Shown here in pieces: positions 22,930 through 42,992 of a stretch of 64,000 nt of DNA; position 1 is the first letter of the stretch, and every line of letters starts with the position of its first letter. The notes below the pieces were generated by a model. That model worked only from the letters and a program-made list of their open reading frames with translations. It was not told the origin of the DNA and made no database searches. Position numbers and translations under genes: made by a program. Source of the DNA: Eledone cirrhosa (taxonomy: Eukaryota); contig OZ024743.1 in assembly GCA_964016885.1 (NCBI GenBank), positions 314,216,001 to 314,280,000 of the forward strand, given 5' to 3'.

Positions 22930-24470
22930 TCATGCCTGTAAATCCACCTCAGCCTGCGTGAACACACAATACCCCACAGACCTTAAATTAAGACGAATTG
23001 TAGCGGGCCCACAAAGTGAAACACACATACTGAGCAACTTTATAGACATACTACTAAAACCAATTCTCAAACACATACCAAGCCTTGTAAGAGACAATCT
23101 GGACCTCTTAAACCACCTCCCCAAACATGTCAACAACAACACTATTATTGTGTCTTTCGATGTAGTGAATCTCTACGCAACAATACCACACCAATACGGA
23201 CTAGCAGCAATAGGATTCTGGCTAGAGAAATATCCCAATGAGATACCTGGCAGAATAGAAAAAAGCTTCATCACCGAGGGATTAAAATTCATCTTACAGA
23301 AAAACTTTTTTGATTTAGATGGCAGTACTACAAGCAAATATCGGGGACTGCGATGGGTATAACAGCCGCTCCAACTTATGCCAACTTAGTCATGGCATAC
23401 TTAGAAGTCCAGATATATGAACAGTCCAAATCAAAATACGGATTGAACTTCACAAATATTTATCAGAGAATTGGAAACGCTACTTGGATGATTGTCTCAT
23501 TCTTTCGTCCCACATACTCGACCAACTGAAGGTTTTCAAAAACTTAATAAACGGCATCAATAACCACATCCAATTCACAATGGAATACAGCCAAGATCAA
23601 CTCCCATTTCTGGACACCTTAATCTTAAAAAAAGACACAAATATTGTAACTGACATACACTATAAACCAACAGATTCCAAACAATACCTGCTATTCACCT
23701 CCAACCATCCAAAGCATACGAAGACGAACATTCCTTTTAACCTAGCAAGAAGAATTTGCACAATTGTCTCCAATTATGAAACGCGAAATAAAAGACTTCA
23801 AGAATTAAATGAAATTCTACTCGAAAAACTGTACCCACCATTACTAATAAATAATGGAATAGAAAGGGCTAAAGCAATAGTCATTTATGAATTACGAAAA
23901 CAGAAACATATTCAAGGTACATCCAATATTCTATCATATATCTCAACACACAACCTAAGAAATGCGGAAGCTTACAACACTATTCACAAGAACATCTACT
24001 AAAACAAAACCCAAGAATGAAAAAAGCCCTTGAAACACACAAAATAATCAAAAGCAAAAGATAACCGAAATCACTGAAAACATTACTCACCAATGCCAAA
24101 TTACCTACCACAAAACCACAACCAACTGTCAAAAAATGTGGTCGCTCTAATTGTGGAACCTGCACTCCCCTCATTGAAGGCAACACGTATACATTTAATG
24201 AAATGTATACGTGTTGATGCAATGAAAATTATATAGGACAAACTAAACTCACACTCAGAAACAGAATGACAGTTCATCGCCAACAATTACGAGATCCAAC
24301 CACGAGACAGATACCACTAAACGCACATCCAGACATATGCGCAAGTAAGACACCAACATTCCAAGTCTTCCATTTTACCTTTGCGCTAACAATACAACAT
24401 AAAAAATACGAATAAATAAGGAAAATATGTTTATTCAAATATATAGACCAGCATTAAATATGGTTTAATA
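22930..24470 (+). pseudogene. Penelope-like element RT + GIY-YIG (Neptune-like Cys linker), 5'-truncated and decayed
   Basis: RIVAGP, IVSFDVVNLY, GTAMG/APTYANL, YLDDC, LPFLD, YKPTD..QYL.FTSNHP, CGRSNCGTC, NYIGQTKLTLRNRMTVH. Confidence 0.93.
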
Positions 24471-24977
24471 TACATTATGTCAACACCATAACATGCTAAC
24501 CATCCAAACAGACACATAGACACACACATAACACCTTCTACTTTAGAAAATAAAAACCCGAACTAAATAAACCTTAACATACGTTTGCACTGACAATACA
24601 ACAGAACAAATACGAATAAGTAAGGAAAATATGTTCATTCAAAAATATTCCTACTAAAGGAATCATTTTCCTACACACACACACACACACACATACACAC
24701 ACAATATATATATATATATATTCTTTTAATCTTAACATGCTAACCATACTCCCACACACATAACCCCCATACCCACACATAACAACCCCCACTCCACACA
24801 CACAACTCCCTGTCCCATTTCTACTAATAGAATCACTTTCCTACACATATATACGCACACACAAAATATATATATTCTCTCCATCTTAACATACTCCGAC
24901 ACACAAACACACACACACGCACACATATACACACACGCAACTCCCTCCCCCATTTCTACTAGTAGAATCATCTTCCA

Positions 24978-25066
<89 letters not shown>

Positions 25067-25629
25067 TAAACATACACATCTTTACTTTCTTTACTTCAAT
25101 AGAAAATCTGAATTCTGACAGCCCAGCGAACTAAACATATTCACTGAACCAGAACAATTCTCCCATCCAATTTCTCTTGACCATTATCTTTTACTTGTCA
25201 TAAAACTCTCTAAAAAGGCTACAGCATAGATCTCCAAATAAGGGCGCGAAAATTTTATGAAAACTTGTTCACGTGATAGCCATAATTTCATTTATAACCA
25301 ATCAAATTACGTTTATTAAAGAAAAAGCCTTATATATGAAAAAACAACCTATGACCCCCCCCCCCCCTTATATTATAATTATTGACCAACCAATCAAATT
25401 ACTTCTCGAAAAACCTGGCATTTCGAGCCACTATTTCCATATAAAACAAGTAACATTCAGAGACCAACCAGATGTGAGAAAAACCACAGACCCTCCACCT
25501 CAACTCTACTTTTGAAAAGCGAAACCGGTAAAGGAACCAAATAAATATATATATTATTTTAAAAATAAGACTCCAGTTGCATTTTCGATTTCATCTTTTT
25601 TTCTTTTTTTCTTTATATATATATATATA

Positions 25630-26290
25630 AGAGAGTATTGAAGCATTGTGGAATAATAAGTGAATATCTTTAAGTCGTTTGAAGCATCGGCGATGCAAAT
25701 GGGTAAATCTCCGGGTAACAAGATCCGGTGGTGGAGAGAGAAATGTAAGTGGGTGTACGTTGAGATACGTGGTGTGTATAAGACGTGTAGAAGAATGAAG
25801 GAAAGAGTATAAAGGATAAATAAAAATAACAACACGAGAGAGAGTTATCTTGGGAGAGACTTAATTGTCCCTATATATTTCGGATTCACATCCATCAACT
25901 GGGGTTTTTTCCGGGGTGGGGTAAAGGTTGTCTGTCGGAAAGGTGCGAAACGCGTCCTCCGCTGTTTGTTGTTTTGCTATTCAAAACAACAAACAGCGGA
26001 GATGCGTTCGCACCTTTCCCACAGACAACCTTTCCCCCACCCCGGAAAACCCCCCAGTTGATGGATGTGAATCCGAAATATATAGGGACAATTAAATCTC
26101 TCCCAAGGTAACTCTCTCTATTGTTGTTATTTTTATTTATCCTTTATACTCTTTCCTTCATTCTTCTACACGTCTTCTACACACCACGCATCTCAACGTA
26201 CTCCCACTTACATCTCTCTCTCCACCACTGGATCTTGTTACCCGGAGATTTACCCATTTGCATTGTCGAGACTTCCAAAGGACTTAAAGA
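25630..26290. repeat. Fold-back inverted repeat (arms about 300 bp, centre about 25980) with a degenerate HHR in each arm
   Basis: Mirror ORFs 25554-25835 and 26121-26342; ccc-CAGTTGA-t-ggat-gtga-atcc-GAAAT-AT-ATA-ggg at about 26052-26087. Confidence 0.8.
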
Positions 26291-26552
26291 TATTTACATA
26301 TATATATATATCATAAAACATGTCTATAGAATCACCAAATAAAATATATACCATTTCCTCTCCCAATTAGCATAATTAACCATATAAAAAATCGTATAGA
26401 CCAAGCTATAAGAATAAGGCTTCTATGAAGAAATCTCCAACAAATAACTGAAACCAGCCCTTCGCACCTAGACATGTTTTATGATATATAGCTCTGATTA
26501 TTTAATTTATTAACTTTTCTTTGAGCCACAAAGTGACCCGTTGCAAAACACG

Positions 26553-26597
<45 letters not shown>

Positions 26598-26799
26598 CTT
26601 TATATGTAATAATCTCCCGTTAGGTTGAGATACACATTTGGCTGTATTGTGCTGCGCTTTCTAGCAAAAAGCCACCAGCCGTAAGCAACTAACCACACTC
26701 CTTCCAACCTGACCGCTGCTACGTCACGATTCTTAGCCATTTTTGAATGTATTCTTGGCGCGATCACTTTGGAAAATGTATTGTCTAGATTTGAGCTAA

Positions 26800-26873
26800 C
26801 CCCTTAAGAGTCCGGTGCTCAAGGTTCCGAATATATCGGATACCTTAAAATGCGGACGAAACCATGGTCGAGG
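26800..26873 (+). ncRNA. Degenerate HHR (G5U) inside an inverted-repeat element (about 26310-27215)
   Basis: ccc-CTTAAGA-gtccg...cggac-GAAAC-CATG-GTC-gagg. Confidence 0.55.
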
Positions 26874-27213
26874 TAAATAAATCTATTCTCTTTTCTCCTA
26901 GTTTATTTTACACCTAATTCTGTTTAATTGACTGTATATCTGGGCGATTACGCTGTCGAAATATTCGATAAATATTCCGTCGCAGCCGGCGCGAAGGGCT
27001 GGTTTCGGTTATTTGTTGGAGATTTCTTCATAGAACCCTTATTCTTATAGCTTGGTCTATTCGATTTTTTATATGATTAATTATGCTAATTGGGAGAGGA
27101 AATGGTATATATTTTATCTGGTGATTCTATAGACATATTTTATGATATATAGCTCTGATTATTTAATTTATTAACTTTTCATTGACCCACAAAGTGACCC
27201 GTTGCAAAACACG

Positions 27214-27259
<46 letters not shown>

Positions 27260-27289
27260 TTTATATATATATATATATATATATATAAA

Positions 27290-27340
<51 letters not shown>

Positions 27341-27749
27341 GAGTATATATATATATATATATATAATTACAATAGCGACATAAACAGTACTAAAGCGTCG
27401 ATGGGATCTGGGCCTCAATTTCTTTGAAATATACTTCTGGACCTGTCTGTCCGGCCTAAGCCATTTATCCAAAGATATTTCTTCACATGGGGAGAACTCT
27501 GAAAAGCTCCCTAAAATCACAGAATCTCTATCAAGGAATAAACAGAAAAAACCTAATCTTAATCCTCTAAATAATAGAAATAATTATTTAGATATACTAC
27601 CTATTCCTAACTATAATTCTCGCATACAAATAAATCATAAACGTCAGGCTCAAGTTTAACTACAATACCATAATATAACTAAATATAACTTAGGAGAGGA
27701 TAATGTTAATATAATAACCAATTACCCTACAGGACACGTTCCCCCATAA

Positions 27750-28520
27750 TGAGAAATGTATTGGCTCCTCTAGTAAAGATAGGAAGCAGAAATGATATGT
27801 TTCCTGGCTTAATCCACCCATTGGACTCAATATGGCTTCAAATATACTTTATAAATTCTTTAGTATTTCGGAAAATAATTTTCCACCTAGTCAGAAATAC
27901 TATAAATCAATCAATAAAAATACAGTTAAGATGTCCTTTTCAAGCAACCCTAACTTAACGAATTATATAGCATTCAACAATCACCACAAGGTTTCTAAAC
28001 ATAGCTCCTCTCTAAACGCTGTTAATACAATTCAATATAAATAACTTAGTACGAATTCTCCCAACTTGAATATGTCGAATGTTATCACACTGAACTAACC
28101 AGGTGCCATCTCTGGAAGTATCCAAAATTATTTTGAAACCTTTAATTGATTCTCTAACCGGGAGTTTAATTTCAGATTTCCCAGAAAGTGCCCACCTCAA
28201 CGGATTATATCTAAGAAACAATATCGTATATAAATGCACCGTAAGGATACAACGCTCTACTACTTGCTATATTAGAGCCACAGCGAATCTAGTTAAGGCT
28301 CGATATAACTCCAATTTAACCTCGTTTAAAAATGATAAGCTTAAGAATACTACTTCTTTAGTAAGGTACATTGCTAGTCTAATTAAGTCTAAAACTAATT
28401 AAAATCTCCAATGGGAGATAGATAAAACTATCCCATATAAGGGAAATAAAACAAATTTTGAATAGTAGGAATAACTTAATAATTAATTGTCCACGTCACC
28501 TTTCTTATTCGTTTTGTTAA
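27750..28520 (+). pseudogene. Naiad-like PLE C-terminal fragment (GIY-YIG), heavily decayed
   Basis: NIVYKCTV...YIRATANLVKARYNS..TSF...TSLVRYI; homologous to 57017-57451. Confidence 0.8.
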
Positions 28521-29117
28521 TAACGTATACGATTCCACCTAGTGGTTCCTCTGGTATTTTCTTTTAATATATAGACGTTTGTGTATATATCTAGGGATGT
28601 GTATTATTATGTGTACCTCTGGATATGTGTATATGTATATGGGTGTATGCGTGTGTATATGTAGGTATATGTATATATATATATTGTAATGGTATGTATA
28701 TGTACAAATATATGTATCCCGGTATATGAGTATGTACATGTGTGTATATGTATATCAGTGCCTGTGCACATACGTATACCATTTCTCATTTATGTGTTAT
28801 CTGTATCGATATACATGCTGGCCTGTCTACAATTTCATGGGTATTCGGATGTATATATGTATGTATGTATATATGTATGTTATGTCGGGTCTCTCTTCAG
28901 TGCTACTGGTAACACGAAACCCAGTACCACCTGTCGTATTGTCGGGTTGTCGCTGACTAAACTAGCAACCCCACCAAGTTTACTTGGTGAGGTGGGTGAT
29001 TTTGGAGACCCTGCAAGACAAAAATCAAGATCTGAAAAGGGGAGAAGAACTCATAAGAGTCAACGTCCATCCAAAAATGTGTATGTACATGTGTACATAT
29101 GTATATGTATGTATGTT

Positions 29118-29149
<32 letters not shown>

Positions 29150-29967
29150 TGTATGTATGTGTATGCATATGTATGTATATGCGCGTGGACATAGAAATAA
29201 TTGGGCTGGATAACCGATCACGCAGTTAAACCACTAGGAGTGAAGGACCCCTAGTATTTGTCAGGGCATTCTTCTAGGAGAAGGCAACTGAGGAAACTGG
29301 GATAACTCCGATATAAAACCTGCGGTTCAGTAGTTACCGATGATGTTGATATTTTCTTCTTTTCGGGTTATAGCTACTGTCGCTCAGAGAGTGGGATTGG
29401 CTCAGAGCACAGTCTTTCCTCAATTAAAAAAAATCTTCACGCACAGGCATTGTATGATAGCATGAATTGATAACTATTAATAAAGTTATATCGTGCAATG
29501 GGCATACTAAATAATGAGGCGGGAGCCATTATTTATGTATGTATAAGCATAAGTATAAGTATATATGTATGTTGATATCTGTATGCGGATTTATAACTAT
29601 CTGTGTATATGCATATGCGTATATGCTTGTATGAGGATAAGCGTAACTATTTTAGAAGGTGTACTTTCATATTTGATCTTATAAAACAGTGGATGTATAT
29701 ATCTACTTCTGTGTGGGTATGTAGATGGGTGTATCAGTATTTGTATATAGTTAATGAGTGGAAATATATATGTTTGGATGCATAAATGATGTATGTATAG
29801 ATATTTGTATATATATGTATACATCAATATGTTTGTATGTGGCAATATGAGTATATGTGTATGTGCATATACGCATGTCTGTGTCCGTATGTATATATCT
29901 AAATTTATGAGGATCTAAGTGTTTCTATTTAGTTACATGTATATATATATGTGTATATATGGATATA

Positions 29968-30050
<83 letters not shown>

Positions 30051-30203
30051 CGTTGACAAATATATCAACATGCCCAGACATGCAGATATATTGCCCTTGG
30101 TATGACAGTGTGGTTTTAGCTCAATGTAGGATAACTAGTATACTACAGAGCCGTTATAGTTTTAGGAATAACCAAAGAATGCTTAGAAATACATTGTTTT
30201 ATT

Positions 30204-30250
30204 AGCTAACAATGTTTCATCCATACACCTTGGCAGGAATCATCAGAGCC
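30204..30250 (-). ncRNA. Type I hammerhead ribozyme; mutated mirror copy at 30802-30846 within inverted repeat 30150-30880
   Basis: Reverse complement ggct-CTGATGA-t-tcc...gga-t-GAAAC-ATT-GTT-agct. Confidence 0.75.
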
Positions 30251-30888
30251 TATAAAAATAATATATCAGTAGTTGCATGCTCCATCGAACTGCGTCACCA
30301 GAACAAGGTTAAGCATAAGTATTCTTTTCACAGACTCATGCTTGCAAACTCTCTTAATTAACCTGTACACCCTGTTTTTGCACTGCTTGTGCTTTGATGC
30401 ATCTATGTTTGCTTTGTCTTATATTTTTTGGGTGTTTCCGGGCTTTTTGATCCTTTATTGTTTTGTATTTTTATATTCATCTCTTTTCTTATCCCTGCAT
30501 TTTTGTACCTTTTAATTATTTTTTTTATTATTTTATTATTGTTTCTGATCATGCTGAGTCATACCCTCAGTCATCCCTTGCTACCCTCTTCCAACCTCTT
30601 TATCCTCTTTGGCAACATTTAAGTGATACATTTTTTGGTGTAATTTTTAAATTTTAAAGATATTTTATGACATAATGTGCATCATGTATTCTGTCATTTT
30701 CCATATAGTACTGGCCTCGGGACCCCCTGCTGGTCCTTTAACCTTGTTCTGGTGACGCAGCTCGATAGAGCATGCAACTACTGATATACTATTGTTTATA
30801 TGCTCTGATGATTCCTGCCATTGTGTATGGATGAAAGACTGTTATCTAATAAATCAATATATTTCTAAGCACTCTTTGGCTATTCCTA

Positions 30889-30965
<77 letters not shown>

Positions 30966-31201
30966 ATATATATACATGTATTTATGTATGTATATTTGTT
31001 TTGCGAAAACCAACGGAAACCAAACAGTAAACAGTTAGAGTGTTCTGTAGATATTTCTGGTAATATTATAATATGACCCGCCCCAAGTATAACAATATAT
31101 ATATATGTATATATGTGTGCGTGTGTGTATGTGTGTTTGTACATACATATAAATATATAAATATAAATATTTATATATATATATACATATATATAAATAT
31201 A

Positions 31202-31256
<55 letters not shown>

Positions 31257-31369
31257 ATAGTAATAATAATATATTTGAAGACTAAAATCCAAAGAGGGAT
31301 CGATAAGGATAAATATATATCAGCCATATAAGAACCGTAGAGTAAATATATATTAAAATAACAGATTAA

Positions 31370-31420
31370 AGTTTAAGCAAAGAATAGGTGCTTTCACTCT
31401 TAACGGGATCTTCTGAAACT
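31370..31420 (-). ncRNA. HHR variant with CAGAAGA (U4A) core
   Basis: Reverse complement agttt-CAGAAGA-tcccgttaagagt-GAAA-GCA-...-TGC-TT-aaact. Confidence 0.65.
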
Positions 31421-32455
31421 AAAATGGTCAATCTGTGAACGCAGATGTAGATATATCAAAAAACGTTGCAACCGAAGGAAGAGAGGAAAACGATACTTTG
31501 GTTTGTGGAAACGTTCCCTTTCATCGTACGGGAAAAAACGAAGATAATACGCCATAATTTAGTGCGGTGAAAACAATTACACGCAAAGACAAAACCACGT
31601 TTATGGTAAAAATGAAGTCGTAGACTAATATTCTATTATGTTGTTCATGGAGACATTCTCTGGCAATGAACGGAAAAAACGAAGATAATACGTCATTATG
31701 TGGGTCGTAGAGAACAATTGCAACAAAGACAAAACCGCGTAAATGGTATAACTGACGTCGTAGACTAAAATTCTAACTAGGAAACCGAATTTTTCTCAGC
31801 TTCAGAGTTAAGAATAGAGTAAATAAAATACAGAGGTAATTGAAATTAAATATATACATAAACGCATCCATATACGTACGTACACAAGCATACGCGGAAA
31901 CACTCGCCATGGATATGCAAATGCAAGCACGTACACAAAAAAAAAAGAAAAAAAAACACGCACGCACATTCAGAACCCACACAACGGCTGTACCCGCACA
32001 TATACGAACGTATACACGAAATACACATAAAAATATATATGAAAAAAAATATATGTATATATATGTGTGTGTGTGCGTGTATACATAATATATATAAATA
32101 TACACACATAAATACGTATATAACACGCGCACACCCGTACCTACATGTAAATACATATATGTTCGCGGACGTTCGTCAACCAAAACACAAAGTACACATA
32201 TACACACACCCTACATACGTACGAACCCGCATAATCACACAGACGCAAACTCACGTATACACATAACCAAATGCACATATACCAGTATATATAATATATA
32301 CGCCATAACATATACAAGCAAGAATACGTACGAGAAAGTATACGTACCTTCACAAAACATACAGGTACCTATATAAATAATATTGGTATAAACATAACAA
32401 ATACTTAGCTACCACCTGAAGACGTAAACTATCCTCGTATACTTCGTACTATCCG

Positions 32456-33340
32456 TTAGGGTATAATGTGGGGATAATACAGGAAAGTCTTGTGCAATTT
32501 ATGCTTACAAGCCGAAATTGCCTCAGATTTTTTGTTTAAGATGTGGTCTTTGGCGTAGAGTATTTCCAAGGCCTCCGCGGCGCAGAGGTCACATGGTCTT
32601 TTATTTCCGTTATACGATCTAGCCTTAGATCGGAACTCCCAGTGTAACCTATATTGGGTGTGGTTGTCTTTTAGACTCCAGATATAACCTGAAAGTGATA
32701 TATTCCTTCTTAAAGGGTTAAGAAAAGAATGGGTATGCATGTAAAGACTCTGCTTGAATCTTTTGGCGGTTAACCCTATGTAGGCCCTACGGGACGTGGG
32801 TGTTTCAACCTTACATTTGTAGACAATGTTACTAGAGAGGCATTTCCCGGATAGGAAGCAGACAACCCGATTCCTACAATTACAGTTAGTACTAGCTACA
32901 GGGTTGCATGTGTTCCTACGGCTAGGTAATTTAGCTACATTTGAAGCTGTGATGTCATGTGCAATGTTATGAGTCGTAGAATAAAAAGTTTTAATGGTAT
33001 TTCTATTAAAAACTTACTATATTTATGTGATGGGGGAAATGCTTCATAATAAGGGAGAGAAAGATCTTAGCTAATGGTGTGGCCACCTCCATATTATATG
33101 GTGTGTTATACCATATAATGCCTCGGGATCTTGTTTCCTAGGTCTATTCTCATACTCTCTATATGCTACGTTATCGACAAATGCACTCCGAGGAAGAGCT
33201 TCATTGTAATATGTGGAATGGTCGGTGAAAATATGCTCGTTTGAACATAGACGAGAAAGCCTCAAAGAAACGTTTCTTACCAGTCTCTTGGTTATGCTGG
33301 CAGGATGGTTAGAATGCTTACTTATGTAATTAAGCGTATC
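32456..33340 (-). pseudogene. Naiad-like PLE 3' fragment (RT thumb + GIY-YIG)
   Basis: RLSRLCSNEHIF, CNCRNRVVCFLSGKC, NIVYKCKV, YIGLTAKRFK, LSGYIWSLK, CDLCAAE, LNKKSEAISACKH. Confidence 0.88.
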
Positions 33341-33709
33341 AAACGTATCCTAAATAGAATTATAGTCTACGACTTCATGTATACCATGTACCTGGATTTG
33401 TCTTTGCGTGTAATTGTTCTCAGCGCTCCACATAAATACGAATTATCTTCGTTTTTACAGTTCATTGCCAGAGAACGTCTCCAAGAACCACCTAATAGAA
33501 TATTAGTATACCACTTCATTTATACCATAAACGTGGTTTTGTCTTTGCGTGTAATTGTTTACACCACACCAAATTATGACGTATTATCTTCGTTTTTTCC
33601 GTTCTTTTCCAAGGAACATTTCCATGAAACAAAGTATCGTCTTCCTGCCTTCTTTCGGTTGCAACGTTTTTTGAAATATTTACTTCAGCGTTCACAGATT
33701 GACTCTTTT

Positions 33710-33760
33710 AGTCTCAGAAGATCCTGTTAAGGGTGAAAGCAGCGATTATTTGCTTAAATT
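33710..33760 (+). ncRNA. HHR variant with CAGAAGA (U4A) core; further copies at 36651-36701, 40379-40429 and 59816-59866(-)
   Basis: agtct-CAGAAGA-tcctgttaagggt-GAAAGCA...TGCTT-aaatt. Confidence 0.6.
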
Positions 33761-33769
33761 TTTAATCTG

Positions 33770-33829
<60 letters not shown>

Positions 33830-33904
33830 CGAAGGAAATGTGGTAAGGAACCAGGTGGACCATAACGCACCAAAGTACTCAATACTTGAGGTAGTAGAGT
33901 GGGT

Positions 33905-34025
33905 AATAGGAACCAGTAAGACCCCGACAGCTGAGCTCAAGCCGTTTCGACGGCTAATTCTGGACTCAGAGTCCAGAATTAGCCGTCGAAACGGCTTGAG
34001 CTCAGCTGTCGGGGTCTTACTGGTT

Positions 34026-34030
<5 letters not shown>
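33905..34030. repeat. Perfect palindrome containing the 3' half of an HHR (GAAAC-GGC...GCT-GTC)
   Basis: Centre tggactc-a-gagtcca at about 33968; related fragments at 54260 and 62060. Confidence 0.8.
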
Positions 34031-40510
<6,480 letters not shown>

Positions 40511-41677
40511 ATTTATTTATTTATACAAATAAGCATGCATACATATAACATGTGCTATTAAACCTGTCGCCAGAAATTCCTAAATTAGTAAATAAATTAT
40601 TCATTTCAAATATATATTTTTTTAATAAACAAATATTCAGGAGAGGCGACTAGTAATAAAGGCTTCTGCAAACTAGCCTACATCTTTATAGGTTCCTAAA
40701 TATCTCAAAAATATATACCACCTCATAATTATTCATTACAGTATGCACTTAACTTTTAGAGAAATACAATAAAAACAATATGTAGAAAATTTTCCGTTAT
40801 ATATATGCGACCAGTCCGGAATCAAGTGATGCTTATAGAAATGAAAAACAAACGTAATTCGAGAATTTATTCATATGCACAGATATATTATTATGTAAGC
40901 ATAAATGGTTGTATAGAATGTATATGTAAAGGCTTATATATCTATATAAATACATGTTCCTAGGCGTATAACTCCATATGGATAAACACTCATGTTAATA
41001 TTTGGTATTTGATTTGATATACACTAAAAATATAATATTATTCTCTATGACACACCCTCACAACAACACACACACATATATATATATGTCTATATATATG
41101 TGTGTTTGTGTGTGTGCGTGTGTGTGTGTTTAAGCTATGTGTAGGTATATATGTGTGCGTGTCTTTGACTATGGGTGAATATTTAAATGGGCAAGAATGC
41201 CCCTTCGACATGTAAAAAAGAATTAATTTATATTCGTTAAAATCCATGGCAAACAAGCAGTCTTGTCGTGGGTAATACTTGGCTATCAGAATGAAACAGT
41301 GAGTAGCTAGGAAAACGTATTGTGGATTGCACAAACACACACATACACACAGACACACACACACACACATACACACACACACATGGATATATATATATAT
41401 AATAGTTTGCGCTAAACAACCGAGGTGTATGATGAAGATAAATCTGTATTCATGCAGAGCATATGTAATCGTGTCGGCGTAAATATGTATATATATTTAC
41501 ATATGTTTGGTACAGACATACAATAATTTCCAATATACGTATTTCCCGGTAAATGTAATTAATTATTGTTTCTACTTTTGGTACAAGGCCAGCAATTATC
41601 CCAGTGCATCACTGGTACTTTATTTCATCGATCCCGTAAAGATGAACAACAAAGTTAACCTTTTTATTTCTCATAAT

Positions 41678-41715
41678 ATCTTCTGATGAAGAACTAGTGT
41701 CCAAAACGTTAAGAT
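41678..41715 (+). ncRNA. Degenerate HHR (G12A), same family as 61801-61836
   Basis: atctt-CTGATGA-agaactagtgtcc-AAAAC-GTT-aagat. Confidence 0.55.
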
Positions 41716-42302
41716 TATTTTCATGTTATTTGAAATGTTAAACATATATTTCTTCATTGTACCGTGTTGCACACAAATACACACACACACACGTATATAT
41801 ATATATACATGTGTGTGTGTGTTTAAAAACGCAAAGACGGAGTAGATGTGTTAGAATTTATATGTTTAATTTAAGTTATTATTTTACCTATAGGACAGCT
41901 GCAGCTCGTCTGAGACCACACTTTTCCTAAATACATAACGAAATGAACGTGACTAAACTCATACAGTCCCATCATCAGGATATGGTATGAAAGAAAATTT
42001 CGAACATAGTCGTATCTTTAAACACATGTCTAAAGAAAGAAATATTTTTGTTCGTTTATGCAAGTGTATGTATATTACAACGCATTCTCACACACACATA
42101 TATATATATACTTAGTGTAAAATATATAACTTATATTTTATTTCAAATTCATATTATAACAGACAATTAATATATAACCGCAATGGACAGCCATTCTTTT
42201 TCTTTCCTCTTACTTGAACAGACGTACACATGTATACATATATGTACAAATTGTGTGTGTCTGTGTGTGTCTGTATGTGTCTGGGTGCGCGCTCACGTGT
42301 GT

Positions 42303-42350
<48 letters not shown>

Positions 42351-42992
42351 TACAAGTTCTAATAACCTGAAGCCAAATCCATTAGTCTTGAGTGTAAGTC
42401 GATGGAAAATAAAATTCATTATTAGCCGAGAATACTAGATATGGAAATTTAAAATAAATATAAAACCCAGTCTATTACCGCCTTCTGGCTTATAAAAAGG
42501 TTTAGCAGTGTGATGCTGATCATAATGTATATATTTATATAAAATGTGATTTTCGTGACACGATAACCTTTGACAAATTTAAACTGATTTATTCATATAT
42601 AACAGGAAATTTTTTTGTTGTTTGATTGATTTCTTCTTTAGCCCGAGGTCAGCCCCATAAAATTCTAAAATAGAACGTTACCTTTAATCTAATGTTGATG
42701 TAGCTACAATCCGCTGAATACATATATATTTTTTACTCAATTGAAGAAAGTTGGTTGATTGAAAATCTGCCAACATTTTTTTAACAGATGTGAAGCACTC
42801 CACGATTTGTGTTCATATGCTTGCTGGTCGGCGAAGGGAATAACACGTATGTCCGGTAACAAATGAATGGATATTTACATGTCGTTTGGAGTTTTGTCTG
42901 AAGAGAACACGTAGGGCAGGTGTTATACAACTGCCATACGTCTTTGAAATACGCATAACAAAATAAATAGAAACTGAAACCGTCGTTCTAGT

